From assembly GCF_018350175.1 (NCBI RefSeq), contig NC_058370.1:20894001-20958000 (forward strand): a stretch of DNA of 64,000 bases, read 5' to 3'. This document shows, piece after piece, positions 11,901 through 22,875 of this stretch. Position numbers and translations under genes: made by a program. How positions within the stretch are numbered: position 1 is the first letter of the stretch; each line of letters begins with the position of its first letter. The notes beneath the pieces are model-generated. The model saw nothing but the letters and a program-made list of their open reading frames with translations. It made no database searches and had not been told where the DNA came from. The DNA is from Felis catus (taxonomy: Eukaryota).

Positions 11901-13804
11901 TCAGTCATTACAGGAGGAAACATCTAGCCGCCAGAAGCCCGGCTGGCTGGTCTGCCGCCCGGTACCCCATAGTTCCTGCACACCTCCAGCCACATCTAGA
12001 GCAGCCGTGACTGTGTCAAGCCCCACACCATCCTCACAGGTGCCCCCCACCACCGCCACAGTCACTGCAACTACTCCTTGATGATTTAAACCAAGGGACC
12101 GAGTGACACACACAGTTACACAGTAGCAACCACTGCACTATTGTGTATTGGGGACAAGCAGAGACTCTACTCACGTTCATTTTTTACGTGACCTGGGAGC
12201 TTTTCCATTTGCTTTCTTGCACAAAAGCTCTAAAGAGATCTAGAGATTTCAAAACACCAGTAATTGTTATCTCCGATTTACGGATGAGGAAAATAAAGCT
12301 TGGAGGGGCTAGGTGACTCGTCCGTAGGGATATTCTTAAACGAATACAGGAGCTGGTGTCTCAACCCCGGCCTGAGCGACTCTAGAGCCACCTATTAGAA
12401 GAGGGTTAAATATTATTCCAAACAAGCCTGAGGTTCAGTGTTCAAGCGACAGAGCTTGGAATACATCCTGAAGGGACCAGTGGAATATTTCGCAAAGGAC
12501 ATGGGATGGAGCCCATCGGAGGATGATTACTAATAACACGAAACAGCTCACAGAACGAACGTTCAGGAAGTGTGGAGTGCCGTAGCACGTGGGCACCTTC
12601 TCTCTGCAGGCGGTCCCGCCGACTAACCCAGAACGGACTAAATCAGGAAACCTTGGGAGCAAAGGCCGTAGAGGCGGACCTGACGCGGAAGCCAGCTCCT
12701 CTGCTTTTGAGCACCCCGTGCCCGCTGGCGCGGTACCTAAGTGTCGCTGCCTCCTGTCGCCTGCAAATACTACTGCCAATCCGGTAGCGGCTGCAGTGGG
12801 TTCAGTCCAGAGAGGGCACCTGACGGCTCCTGGCACACAGGAAGCCCTCACACGGCAGCCTGTGTCTTAGCCCCAAGTCCGCCACGGTCTCCCTCCCTTC
12901 CCACCCACAGCCACAAAGCAAGGACACGTGTGCAACACGCCTGGAATTCTGCCAGAGGTCTGCGCACATTCAATGACCCGTCAACCTGCCCGGGGCCGGG
13001 GGGGGGGGGGGGGGGGGGGCGGGGGGCGGCCAACGCCAGCCTGACAACTGGATTCTTCGCGCGGACCACATGGCTCTCAAACCCATTTCCTCCAGGTCCC
13101 CCGTGCTCTCCCACCTACTCTTCTGGAGATGGTCTCACTCAAAAACAAGAGACCTCTTTTCTCCCCATTCATTACAGGTTTTAAATAGAACAGAAACGAT
13201 CTCCTCAAAATGTCTTAAAAATTTTTCAAGTTAACTTGGCATTATCTTCCGGATTTAGAAACAAAGCAAATGTCCACGGTCGACCCTAACCTTGCCTGTG
13301 CGAGTTGGTCTCTCTCGGTTTCATGGGCTGTCAGTGTACGATTAACCATTCAAGTGCCGGACTAAGGTGCTGGAGTGGCCTCCGTCTGCAGCCTGGCACA
13401 GCGGCTCTCCCGGAGGCGGGAAGGCGTGCCAACTGCTCGCGGGCCACAGTGGCAGCCACGTGGCTGCTGTTGTGTCCCAGTGTGAAGTACGCATGCCCGC
13501 TGGGCTTTCAGAAAGAAAAAGCATCCAGAGGGACTTGGGGGAATTAGGGGGCTATCATTCTGAGTTATTGATAATTACGTAAAACATTTACCTGGCTCCG
13601 ACGTCCGATTTACAAAACAGGGTGCTTTCAGAGACACCTAGCTTCCGTCCTTGTCCCTTCCCTTTTTCTCCTTTCCTTTCCTCCTTCTGCATTACAATCA
13701 TTTCAATCCATTTTTGGTTCCTCTTCCATTTTCTTGAATATAAAGAAGTCTGCCTTAGGCCCATGTATGTACATACTTGTTTGCTATAAATAAGAATGTG
13801 TATT

Positions 13805-14027
13805 GGGGTGCCTGGGTGGCGCAGTCGGTTAAGCGTCCGACTTCAGCCAGGTCACGATCTCGCAGTCTGTGAGTTCAAGCCCCGCGTCAGGCTCTGGGCT
13901 GATGGCTCAGAGCCTGGAGCCTGTTTCCGATTCTGTGTCTCCCTCTCTCTCTGCCCCTCCCCTGTTCATGCTCTGTCTCTCTCTGTCCCAAAAATAAATA
14001 AACGTTGAAAAAAAAATTTTTTTTTTA
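13805..14027 (+). mobile_element. Young SINEC_Fc
   Basis: Near-consensus body; TSD AATGTGTATT (13795-13804 and 14028-14037); followed by (TG)n at ~14043-14070. Confidence 0.93.
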
Positions 14028-14038
14028 AATGTGTATTA

Positions 14039-14071
<33 letters not shown>

Positions 14072-14114
14072 TCACATCCCCCTGTAGATTACAAGGCAGG
14101 ATGTGATGCACGCT

Positions 14115-14335
14115 GTTCTAGAGCAGCGCTCATCAATGCAAGCTTCTGAGAGGAAGGAAACGTGCTAGGTCTGTGCCATCCACACAGCAGCCGCTAGCCA
14201 CCAGTGGAGACTGAACACCTGAAATATAGCTCGTGAGGCAGAGGAACTGAGTTTTTCACATTTCATTTGAATGCATATAAATTGAAATTGCCACTGGTGG
14301 CTAACGGTGACTTCACTGGTCGGTGCGGCCCTGGA
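14115..14335. mobile_element. hAT-Charlie MITE (MER3-like)
   Basis: gccgctagccac...actgaacacctgaaat...gaggaactga pattern, recalled from memory. Confidence 0.6.
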
Positions 14336-14952
14336 CACTTAGTCACTGCTTTCTCAGAGCCGCAGGGGACTCCACTCTGGGGACACATCCGTTCTACTGA
14401 AGGACATCTCAGCTCCCCCAGCCTCTCACTATGGTAAGTAGTGCCGCAAACAGCCTGCTACACGCGTCTATGCGTGTTTTTGCCAGTGTTATCGTTGGGA
14501 CACACGCACACACGTGGGGTTGCTAGGCTGATGCGTAAATACAACTGAAGTGTTGCCGCATATGGTCAAATTCCCCTCCAGAGGCTATATCGTTTGCATC
14601 AGTGTCTTTAGAAAGCCCGCATACCCAGTACTTTTTTGGCGAGCGAACGGATCCTGTATCTGCAAAGGAATCCGGACGATCCTGTGGCTTCCCTGCTGCC
14701 TGATGGACGCCAGCTGGAAACAGTGAAGGAAGGAACAGGCCGACAGAGAAGGTGGCTACAGGACCGAGAGCAGGAGGGAGTGGGAGTGGCTGTTCCCCGG
14801 GGGCAGAGCTTCAGTCAGGGAACACAAAACCATTCTGTGGACAGATGGTGGAGACGGATACACGATGTGAATGTGCTCAAGGCCAGTTAATGGTTAAAAT
14901 GGCAAATCGACTTGCGTGTATTTTACTGTAATTTAAAAAAAAAAAAAAAAGA

Positions 14953-15204
14953 GGGGCACCTGGGCGACTCAGTCAGTTAAGTGTCTGACTCTTGATCTCA
15001 ACTCAGGTCTTGATCTCAGGGTCACGAGTTCAAGCCCCACACTGGGCTCCACACTGGGCGTGGAGCCTACTTGAAAAAAATATAAAATAAAAAATAGGGG
15101 CACCCGGGCGGCCTAATGGGTTAAGCTGACTTTTGGTTTCCACTCAGGTCGGATCTCACAGTTCGTGAGTTTGAGCCCCACATTGGGCTGTGCACTGACA
15201 GTGC
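14953..15204 (+). mobile_element. Two tandem SINECs; the second is cut by a gap
   Basis: Heads at ~14953 and ~15097; N run 15205-15354. Confidence 0.85.
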
Positions 15205-15462
15205 NNNNNNNNNNNNNNNNNNNNNNNNNNNNNNNNNNNNNNNNNNNNNNNNNNNNNNNNNNNNNNNNNNNNNNNNNNNNNNNNNNNNNNNNNNNNNNNN
15301 NNNNNNNNNNNNNNNNNNNNNNNNNNNNNNNNNNNNNNNNNNNNNNNNNNNNNNATTCCAAACTCCTTCACCTGACTCATAAAACCAAAAGGAAGAGATA
15401 AAAAGCAGCCACCCTGTCTAGTGAGGCACAGCCTAAAAGTTGTGCATCAGACAGGCTTTCTA

Positions 15463-15850
15463 GGCCAGCGCTTCTCAATTTTCTTCCCCAAGGGACATCT
15501 GGCAATTTCTTTAAATTGTGGTAAAATAGATAATAAACCTGCCATCTTCATCATTTTCAAGTGTATTTTCAGCGGCATGAATTACGTTCACCGCGTTGTG
15601 CGATCATCACCACTATGTTTCCAAGAGGTTTTCATCACCCCAAACAGAAACTCTATAACCTTTAAGCGATAGCTCCCTATCCTCCCCAACCCCCCTCGGG
15701 AGACTTTTTTGAACATCATGACTCTTGGCCGGGGATGGTGCTTCTGGTGTCTGGTGGGCGGGGCCCGGGGAGGCTGCTGGGCACCCAAGGCACAGGACAG
15801 CCCTCGATCTGGTCCAAAACATCCACGGCAGAGTGATGCTGAGAAAGCCC
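15463..15850. mobile_element. MER20-like element interrupted by an L1 3' fragment (~15510-15697)
   Basis: MER20-like ends (cttctcaa...gggacatctggcaat / ggagacttttt...gctgagaaa) flank a reverse L1M 3' segment. Confidence 0.55.
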
Positions 15851-18800
15851 GCCCCGGGCTGACTGGGGCATCCGGAGCAGGAACTTGATCACACTGCAGA
15901 GATTCTACTGAAACCCAGAGGAGCGTGAAACAAGATCAGGAGCACCTTAGTTCTCTTGATACATCCACACACACATCAGGGGCCTCGGCCAGATTTCTCA
16001 GCAGCCACTCCTGGCAGGACTCTTCGTCAACACAGTCACGCTTCTCCCAATGCTCAGGTTATCAAATGGATGCCCCAGGGCGCGTCATAGCGCAGGTGTC
16101 TCTCTGGAACACGGGCAGCTGGTAAGAAGGATGCCTGAGGAGTGTGGAACCTCCAGAATGGGCTCTGCCCATGAACTCCCGTTCAAAACCCAGAGATACC
16201 CCAAGGGCCAGCACAGAAACCCATCACCAGTGAGGGCACGCAGCACGTCCAGGGAAGGTCTCCACTCCCACCGGACCCCTGGGGAGGCGGGGCCCAGCCA
16301 CACGCTGATTCACAGGGCAGCAGGGGCAAAGAGAAAAACGACTCCTCGACAAATTCAGTAATGTAGGGAAAGACTCCAGAGTAGGTGTGTCAGGGAAAGA
16401 TCCTGTTCGGTTCAAAATTATTCCAGAATTCCCTCGGGAAGCCAACATCTTGGCTCTCGGGTCCAAAGCAGTATTTCCTCCGGCTTTGGTGGAGCTCGAC
16501 CAGGTCAGCAGTCAGCCTGCATTCAGAAGCCAGGCCGCACATACATCATGTGTGTTTTCAACACCGTCCCTCACTCACGAGGCAGGATGCCCACGCTTTG
16601 AAAGGCGCTCAGAAACTGAGCCAGCGGAGGGCCTGGCAGACTCACAGCCCCCGTCACACCTACTCTGGGACAAGAACTCGCTGGAAAGGCAGGCGGAATC
16701 GCTCAGACCATTTTGTCACTCCTGCCCCGCCTCTCCTCTCCCGGCCAACCGCACCAGACACCCTGCATGCGGCCCAGGTCCCAGGTGAGGATGAAACCTG
16801 TCCGAAAACCCTCCGTCCAGGCTGCAAAGCTAGGATTAGACACCTCCGTTTCCCAGGTGACCCCGGTTTCTTGGGCCTGTATCCTGACCACTCCAGTCTT
16901 CTTCCCGAAACGGACAGGAAGTATTCGTCCTGTCCTAGTCGTTTTCCTGTTTATAGGATATGCAAGGAGGAAATAAAAAGTCCCAATCTTGAGAAACTGT
17001 TAAAAACCTTCAGCCTGTCGCTGAAAACTGCCAAGGTGCCAATCCCCTCTCATGCCAGGGAATCCACGGGGAGCAGAGATTGCGAGCATGGGCTTGGGAG
17101 CTAGGCAGACGGGCTACCTCTGTGATCTTGGGCAAGTTACTTAACCTCTCTGGGCCTGGTCTTTTCTTACCTGTGGCCTCCTCCTAACAGTGGGAGGGTT
17201 CAATGGGAGACTCCAGGTAAAGGGTGCAGCACAGAAATTGACCCACTGCAGGGGCTCAAGCATACCATCAGGACGCAGATGCGTAACAGCTTTTCATCTC
17301 ATCCTGAGACAGCCCGGGACCGGCATCGTCAGCGTCCTTGCTGTCACAGGGACTGAACTTCAAAGGACGCAGCCAGAGGGACGCAGCCACTCCTGTGCAC
17401 ACAAGGCGCAACTCTACCCCGAGCCGCAGCTCTGGTGGGGCCACCCGGTGAGCTCCCTATGATATCACCCCCATCAGGCCCTGTCCACCTGAGGACGGAG
17501 ACAGCGCCTTATCCTTGCATGGCACCAGGCCGAGCGCTGGGGCTGTCGGGGGCTGAGGGTCGCCGTACTTCAGTTGGGAGTCCTGGCTCTGTCTTTCCCC
17601 AGCTATGTGGCCTCGGGGCAACTTAACTTCTCTGTGCCTCAGCTCCATCACCTGCGGAGTGGGGATAACCGCACCTACCTTGGGACTACCTGCTTCGCAG
17701 AGCATTATCGTATTCTTTAAAGTAAAGGGGATGAGGCCTCAAGGTTAGTATGTCTCAAATCCAACCCGTCTCCGGGTCCCCACTCTCGGCCTTGTTCTTC
17801 CTCCTAATTTGGTAGCTTCACTGCCCACCAAGCTAAAAAAAAAACCTCTGTCCTCCCCAACCCTGCCTCTCCCGTGTTCTCCTTGGCCTTGCTCACTCTC
17901 CTGTTCCCTCCCAGGCCAACGAATGACCGAGTCCTATCATTAAAACTTCCCCTGCCCAACTCCCCAGCACTGCCTTAGCACACACCCTCTTCTGGTCGCT
18001 AGATCCCTATGGCATCCTCCTTACAAGCACCCCACACACCAGCCTCAGCCCTCTCTAACCCGGGCTCCCTTGTGCTCCCACCAGAATGACTGCTCAGGAA
18101 TGCCAATTTGATCATGCTCCTCCTTCAAAACCTTCAATGGCTCCCCAGTGCTCTTTAGCGGGCAAAGCACGGCTCCAGCCTCCCCTTCAGCCTCCTCTTC
18201 TACCACTAACCCTGCCTACTCGTTGTTCAAGCTGTGAGGAACTTGGCTGCCTCCAAACATGCCAGGTCCTTTCACACTTCTGGGCCAGTCTCTACCCTCT
18301 GGCCTGGCAAGTCCCACGCATCCTCCTGGACCCAGATCCAAGGTCACCACCTCTCCTGAGGCTTGCTTTCTTTCTTCCTCCAATGTCTCTATCTGTAGCA
18401 ACCTCCCCACCCATTCCACCAGCAGACTGTCAACGCTCAAGTGTCCGGCAAGCATCATGCCCTTCACCTGTGGCCCCTAGCCCCTGGCACAGCATCCAAT
18501 ACGTGGTAGGTGCCAAATGAGCGAGCAATCTGGCATCCGGCAGAGACACTGAAAATATTAATCTGATCTAAAGGTAATGTACCACCTTTCACCATTAAAA
18601 TCGCCCAGGTTCCAAATACACCATCTCAAAGATGTGAGTGTGTGGCTGGCCTGGGGCACAGAACAGGGCAGGACATTCTACCCTGGAATGCCAGTATTAC
18701 AGAATGCCCCCAGGACAAAAGGGTGGCTGAGGGCCAGCCTCGAGCCCCTTCTAAGGCCAGCACATGAGTCGACAGGCAGCTTTCCCTCTGGCCTTAGCTC

Positions 18801-19563
18801 CAGAATCCCTTCACTACCACTAAGAAGTGGAGCTGGGCAAGAGGTGAGGGCAATTCTCCTCTCTTTCACGGAGACCTATTCGTTGCTTTTCTCAAGTTGC
18901 AAGTGCCCAAATTCCCTCCTGGAGGCAAGCCTGGAAATGCACCCCACCATCAGGCCTTTTTCCATCCTCTTACTCTTCTCGAGTGTCTGCTCCATCAAAA
19001 GGACCGTCAGCACACCCAGAGCACTGCACGGCTGATACCAGCATAGCTGGAGCCTGCACCTACTCCCCCAAAAGCAAAGCCCTAGCCCACACTACCCTCT
19101 ACCCACTGCAACCCCACCAGCAGGAAAGGAACAGGCAGCATCAAGAACACTAGCGAGAATCTGGGCTTGTTCCTGGGCTTGACTGTCTCCGCCAGAATAA
19201 TGCAGACATCATAAGCCACAGACACACTCAGGTACCAGCCCTCCTGAGTCTAACCATGGCCTGGGGTTTCACCTGCCATGTTCCCGGCACAGGTGGCCGC
19301 TAGGAAGATGGGCACTATGCCAGTCAGCAAGCAAGGTGGCAGCTAACTACGGCTCTAGACTAAGGCAGCTAACTACGGCTCCGACCCCACTCACCTGGTG
19401 CTACGTTCTCGCAGACCCCTAGGTACCCAGCACCCTGCTGCAGTCGAGATTTCCCACCCCACCCATTCTAAGAGTCAAGACAACAGCACCAAAACCCACT
19501 GGGAAGAGAGATGACCCAAAGCAGGGGTATCTGCCCGCCTCATTCACAGAAAGAGCAATTTCC

Positions 19564-19800
19564 TGGGGCGCCCTGGGTGGCTCAGGAGGTTGGGTGTCTG
19601 ACTTCCGCTCAGGTCCATGATCTCCCGGTTGGAGGGTTCCAGCCCCATCAGGCTCTGTGCGGGCAGCTCAGAGCCCACACAGCCTGCTTGGATTCTGTTG
19701 TCTCCCTCTCTCTCTGCCCCTCCCCCAACTCGCTGTCGCTGTGTCTCTCTCTCTCTCTCACACACACAAATAAATAAGCATTAAAAAGAGAGAGAGAGAG
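19564..19800 (+). mobile_element. SINEC
   Basis: tRNA-like head, CT/CA tract, aaataaataa tail. Confidence 0.88.
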
Positions 19801-20310
19801 CGCAATTTCTCTGGTCAACGGCAGGGCGGAAAGAGGCAGGATTCTCAGTTTACCACTGGAATGTATTGGCTTTCTACAAGATAAAAGACACGCGGCGGTG
19901 ACTAGCAATTAACAGACTCCTAAGCCCCAAAGTTGTCGCTGGGTACAATCTTTCTGGAATTTTCCCCTAGGTAACGCACTTACTTCTTAGGAGATGGGAT
20001 CCAGTGTTGGCTGGCAGCCAGGAAAATTAGCACTCTCGTTTGCTTTTAACTAAAATGTGGAACTAGAAGTATTTCTGGTCCCCTCCCCCAGGGGATGTGA
20101 ATGTCAGGAGTTGGACCTCGGCCACAATGCTCCTCCTTGAGGACTGCGGCTTCCCCCCACGTCCCTGACACAACGAGCGGCCGAGTGATCTGTGATCCGA
20201 GCGAAGCCACGCAGAAGGGGCGAGTCGGGGGCCCCCGGGACCACCCGGCCCCGCGCTCCATTCTTCCGAGGGCCTCCCGTCCGCCCCGGGCCCCGAGCCG
20301 GGGCGCTCAC

Positions 20311-20787
20311 CTCCCGCGCGGAGCGGAGCTGCTGGCGCAGCGCGTCCTTGCAGCCGTAGGGGCCGCCGGCGCCCGCGCCGCGGGGCTGGAAGTGCGCCTC
20401 GACGCGCGTGGCGCCGCGGTAGGCGCCCTGGTAGAAGGCGGGCCAGCCGAGCTCCAGCAGCGGCGGCTCCAGGTCCGACTGCTCGGGGAAGTAGGTGCCG
20501 GACGAGCAGTCGTGCGACGAGCCGAAGGAGTCCTCGGCCCCCGCCGCTGCGCCCTCCTGACCGGGCCTCTGGGCCGCCCGCAGGATGGCGCGCACCTCGT
20601 CCGGGTTCAGGAAGCGGCCCAGGCGCTCTCTTCGCAGGAAGGCCTCGAAGGCACAGGGGCCGCCCGCCACCAGCTCCTCGAGCGCCAGGCGCCGCGCCTC
20701 GCTGTACAGCTCGGCCGGGTTGGGCGGCCCGCACGGCGACAGGCAGGCGGCGGGCAGCTCGTCCGGACCCTCGAGGCGCAGAGCCAT
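20311..20787 (-). CDS. FAM83D: FAM83D (CHICA) coding exon 1, 159 aa ([10 protein letters not shown]...QQLRSARE)
   Basis: ATG at 20787 in strong Kozak context (GCAATGG). Encodes the DUF1669 N-terminus ([35 protein letters not shown]). Donor GAG|GTGAGC, 477 nt, ends in phase 0. Confidence 0.96.
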
Positions 20788-21222
20788 TGCGAAGTCCGGA
20801 CAGAACAGGACCGCTGCAGAGTCGGCGGAGCGCGGGCGTGCCGGCAGCTTTATACGCACCTTTGAATCTAACCGGCCCGCGTCCCGGCCCTCTCATTGGC
20901 TGCCACCTCTAACGGCGGAATCCAGGCGCTGCGAACGCCACCACGGCCCCTCCCCCTGATGTGCTATTGGCTGCTCCGCGGCCCGGCCCCGCCCCGCGCC
21001 TCCGCATTGGCTGCGGAGTCCAAACTCTGGGGTCGCTCCGTGGAGTTTCAACGTGGCGGCTCCACGGCTGCGCTGATGAGTTGCTCCTGCTCCGGGCCTG
21101 CGGGTAGCCGAGCTCTTAAGGGTCAGCTAGAGAGAGGGAGTAACGAGCCCCTGTGACCCGGCCGCGGCGCAGGTAGCGGATCCCGAACTGAAGCCTGAGA
21201 GTCCGGCCCCCTCCATCCTAGC

Positions 21223-21238
21223 GCGCCCCCTGCTGGCC
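21223..21238 (-). promoter_or_regulatory. CTCF consensus motif
   Basis: Minus strand reads GGCCAGCAGGGGGCGC, matching the CTCF core CCASYAGRKGGCRS. Confidence 0.75.
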
Positions 21239-22829
21239 GCGCTGCTCCCGGGCTCTCACGCCGGGCTTGGGCGTGACTGACCAGTCCTGTCTCTGTAATC
21301 CCCTGCATTTAAATCATTCGTAAATCCGTTCAAAAAATACTGGCTTTGATTACACCTTCAGGTAGTTTTTCCTTTTCTCGGCCCATCAAGTTATTGTCCT
21401 GGCAAAATCCCAACCCTGGTTAAACCCCTCTTCACCTACTTTCCCCCGCACCTGGGCAGCCCTACGGTCCGGTCCTGGGGGAAAGACTACGCAACCAAGC
21501 TGTCTGTGCCTTAAATTCACAGTCTCAAGTGGATCCTTAAGATTGACTGCTAGCCTACATTTCCCTCAGTCACCCTACCTTTTCCTTTCGCTCTTGCTCT
21601 TAGCGTTTGTTTCGTATTTCACTGAGAAAATAGAAGCTACCAGAGAGAACTTCTTCCACATGCTGCCACCACATCTACCTACCCGTCTACATCTCCGCCC
21701 ACTTACTGGGCCTTCTGTTACTACCAATGAACTGTCCCTGAGCCTAACACCAATCCTTCCATTGGGGCATTAGCTTCCAGCCCCTCTGCTACTAACCTAT
21801 ATCCCTACAGCAATGCTCTTTCCCGGATTATCAGTTTCCCTTCTTTTACTGCTTCATGCCTCTCAGCATACTGATATTGGAGTATTTTTCATCTTAAATC
21901 AACCTTCTCTTGACCTTCCTCTAGAGTTTCCTCTCCATTTCTCTGCTTATTTTTATAGCATAAAACCTGAAATCAGTTGTCTCTACTTGCTGTCTCCGGT
22001 TTTCCTCCCATTCTTTCTTGAACTAGTCGAGGGGGCTGTGCCTCCCCTGCTCGACCAAAACCTCTTGTCAAGGTCATGAGGAGCTCCACAGCACTAAATC
22101 CAATAGTCAGCTCTCAGGCCACATTTTCTTTGTGTAAATGAGAAAGTAAATACACAACTGTAAAGTGCTTCTTCATAAATGTGACCCAGGAGGATCCAAG
22201 AGAGCACGGGTCTCTACCCTCTTTGAAGACACCAACAAACTTCTGCTTATGACAAAGACAAGGACCACAGTCTGGGGCTGTGCAGCCACATAGCTTGTCA
22301 ATGCCCCTATTGCTGGAAATAAAAAGTGAGAGTAACCAGGGTCTCCCCTGCTGTCGTGTTGTAGTAATGTAAAGTAGTATAGAGTATTTTACCAGCAGGA
22401 GGACCAGGGTGGAGGGGTGAAAGACGGTAAGGCAGGTCGGCCGGTGCACTCCGAAACTAGAAGGGCAGCCCCGTTATTTATACATGTTACCAGATAAACC
22501 TTTGAAAGTAGGGGGGAAAAAAACCTCATATACTTATGAGTTATTACAGGGTTCCATGTTATTCCAAAGGGAACATTTGACAAAGTGAAGGTCATTCCCA
22601 ACCACCCTTCTTTGGATTTCACCATCCCCCGATGCATTGGATTTCACCATCCCCCAATCTAGAAAGACATCTACTCCGTGTCTGAGCCCTCAGAGCTCCC
22701 TCTGCTTTAGGGACCTTCCAGGAGAGCCTTCTGTCGTGGGGACGGGGACCAGGAGCCCTCCCCTGCCCTCCATCCCAGAGAGCATCTCTTTGTGAATTCA
22801 ACTCAGCATAATTCAAGTGAGCTCGCCGC

Positions 22830-22875
22830 AATGACCACAGCCACACTAGCAGGTGTTATTAAAAGGAATTTTAAT
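22830..22875 (-). terminator. Probable PPP1R16B polyadenylation signal and site
   Basis: ATTAAA on minus at 22870-22875 at the end of an AU-rich block, followed ~25 nt later by a GU-rich element (GTGTGGCTGTGGT). Cleavage near 22850 is inferred. Confidence 0.6.

Larger units (their letters stand above)
20100..21280 (-). promoter_or_regulatory. FAM83D CpG island and promoter
   Basis: Very CpG-dense. TATAAA on minus at 20849-20854; CHR TTTGAA at 20861-20866; CCAAT on minus at 20895-20899, 20966-20970 and 21006-21010; GC box GGGGCGGGG on minus at 20987-20995. Confidence 0.85.

Noticed and set aside
13796-14008. Recurrent short ORFs (GAPGWRSRLSVRLQ..., MAQSVKRPTSAQV...) that look like a gene family
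   Set aside because: They are translations of SINEC copies.
15113-15401. ORFs spanning N runs (also 36523-37123 and 58243-59041)
   Set aside because: Artefacts of assembly gaps.
19338-19381. 18-bp direct repeat GGCAGCTAACTACGGCTC x2, partly resembling the ColE1 ori stretch CTAACTACGGCT
   Set aside because: Only two copies with an 8-bp spacer, so not CRISPR-like. The 12-bp plasmid resemblance does not extend, so it is not vector contamination.
20788-20896. N-terminal extension of FAM83D from GTG 20859 or ATG 20896
   Set aside because: The GTG overlaps the TATA region, the frame has a TGA at 20893-20895 with no in-frame upstream ATG, and ATG 20896 is out of frame and upstream of the likely TSS.
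20063-20959. Long overlapping ORFs (277, 254 and 124 aa) on both strands over FAM83D exon 1
   Set aside because: Stop-poor shadows of a very GC-rich exon; Gly/Arg/Pro/Ala-rich with no recognisable domain.
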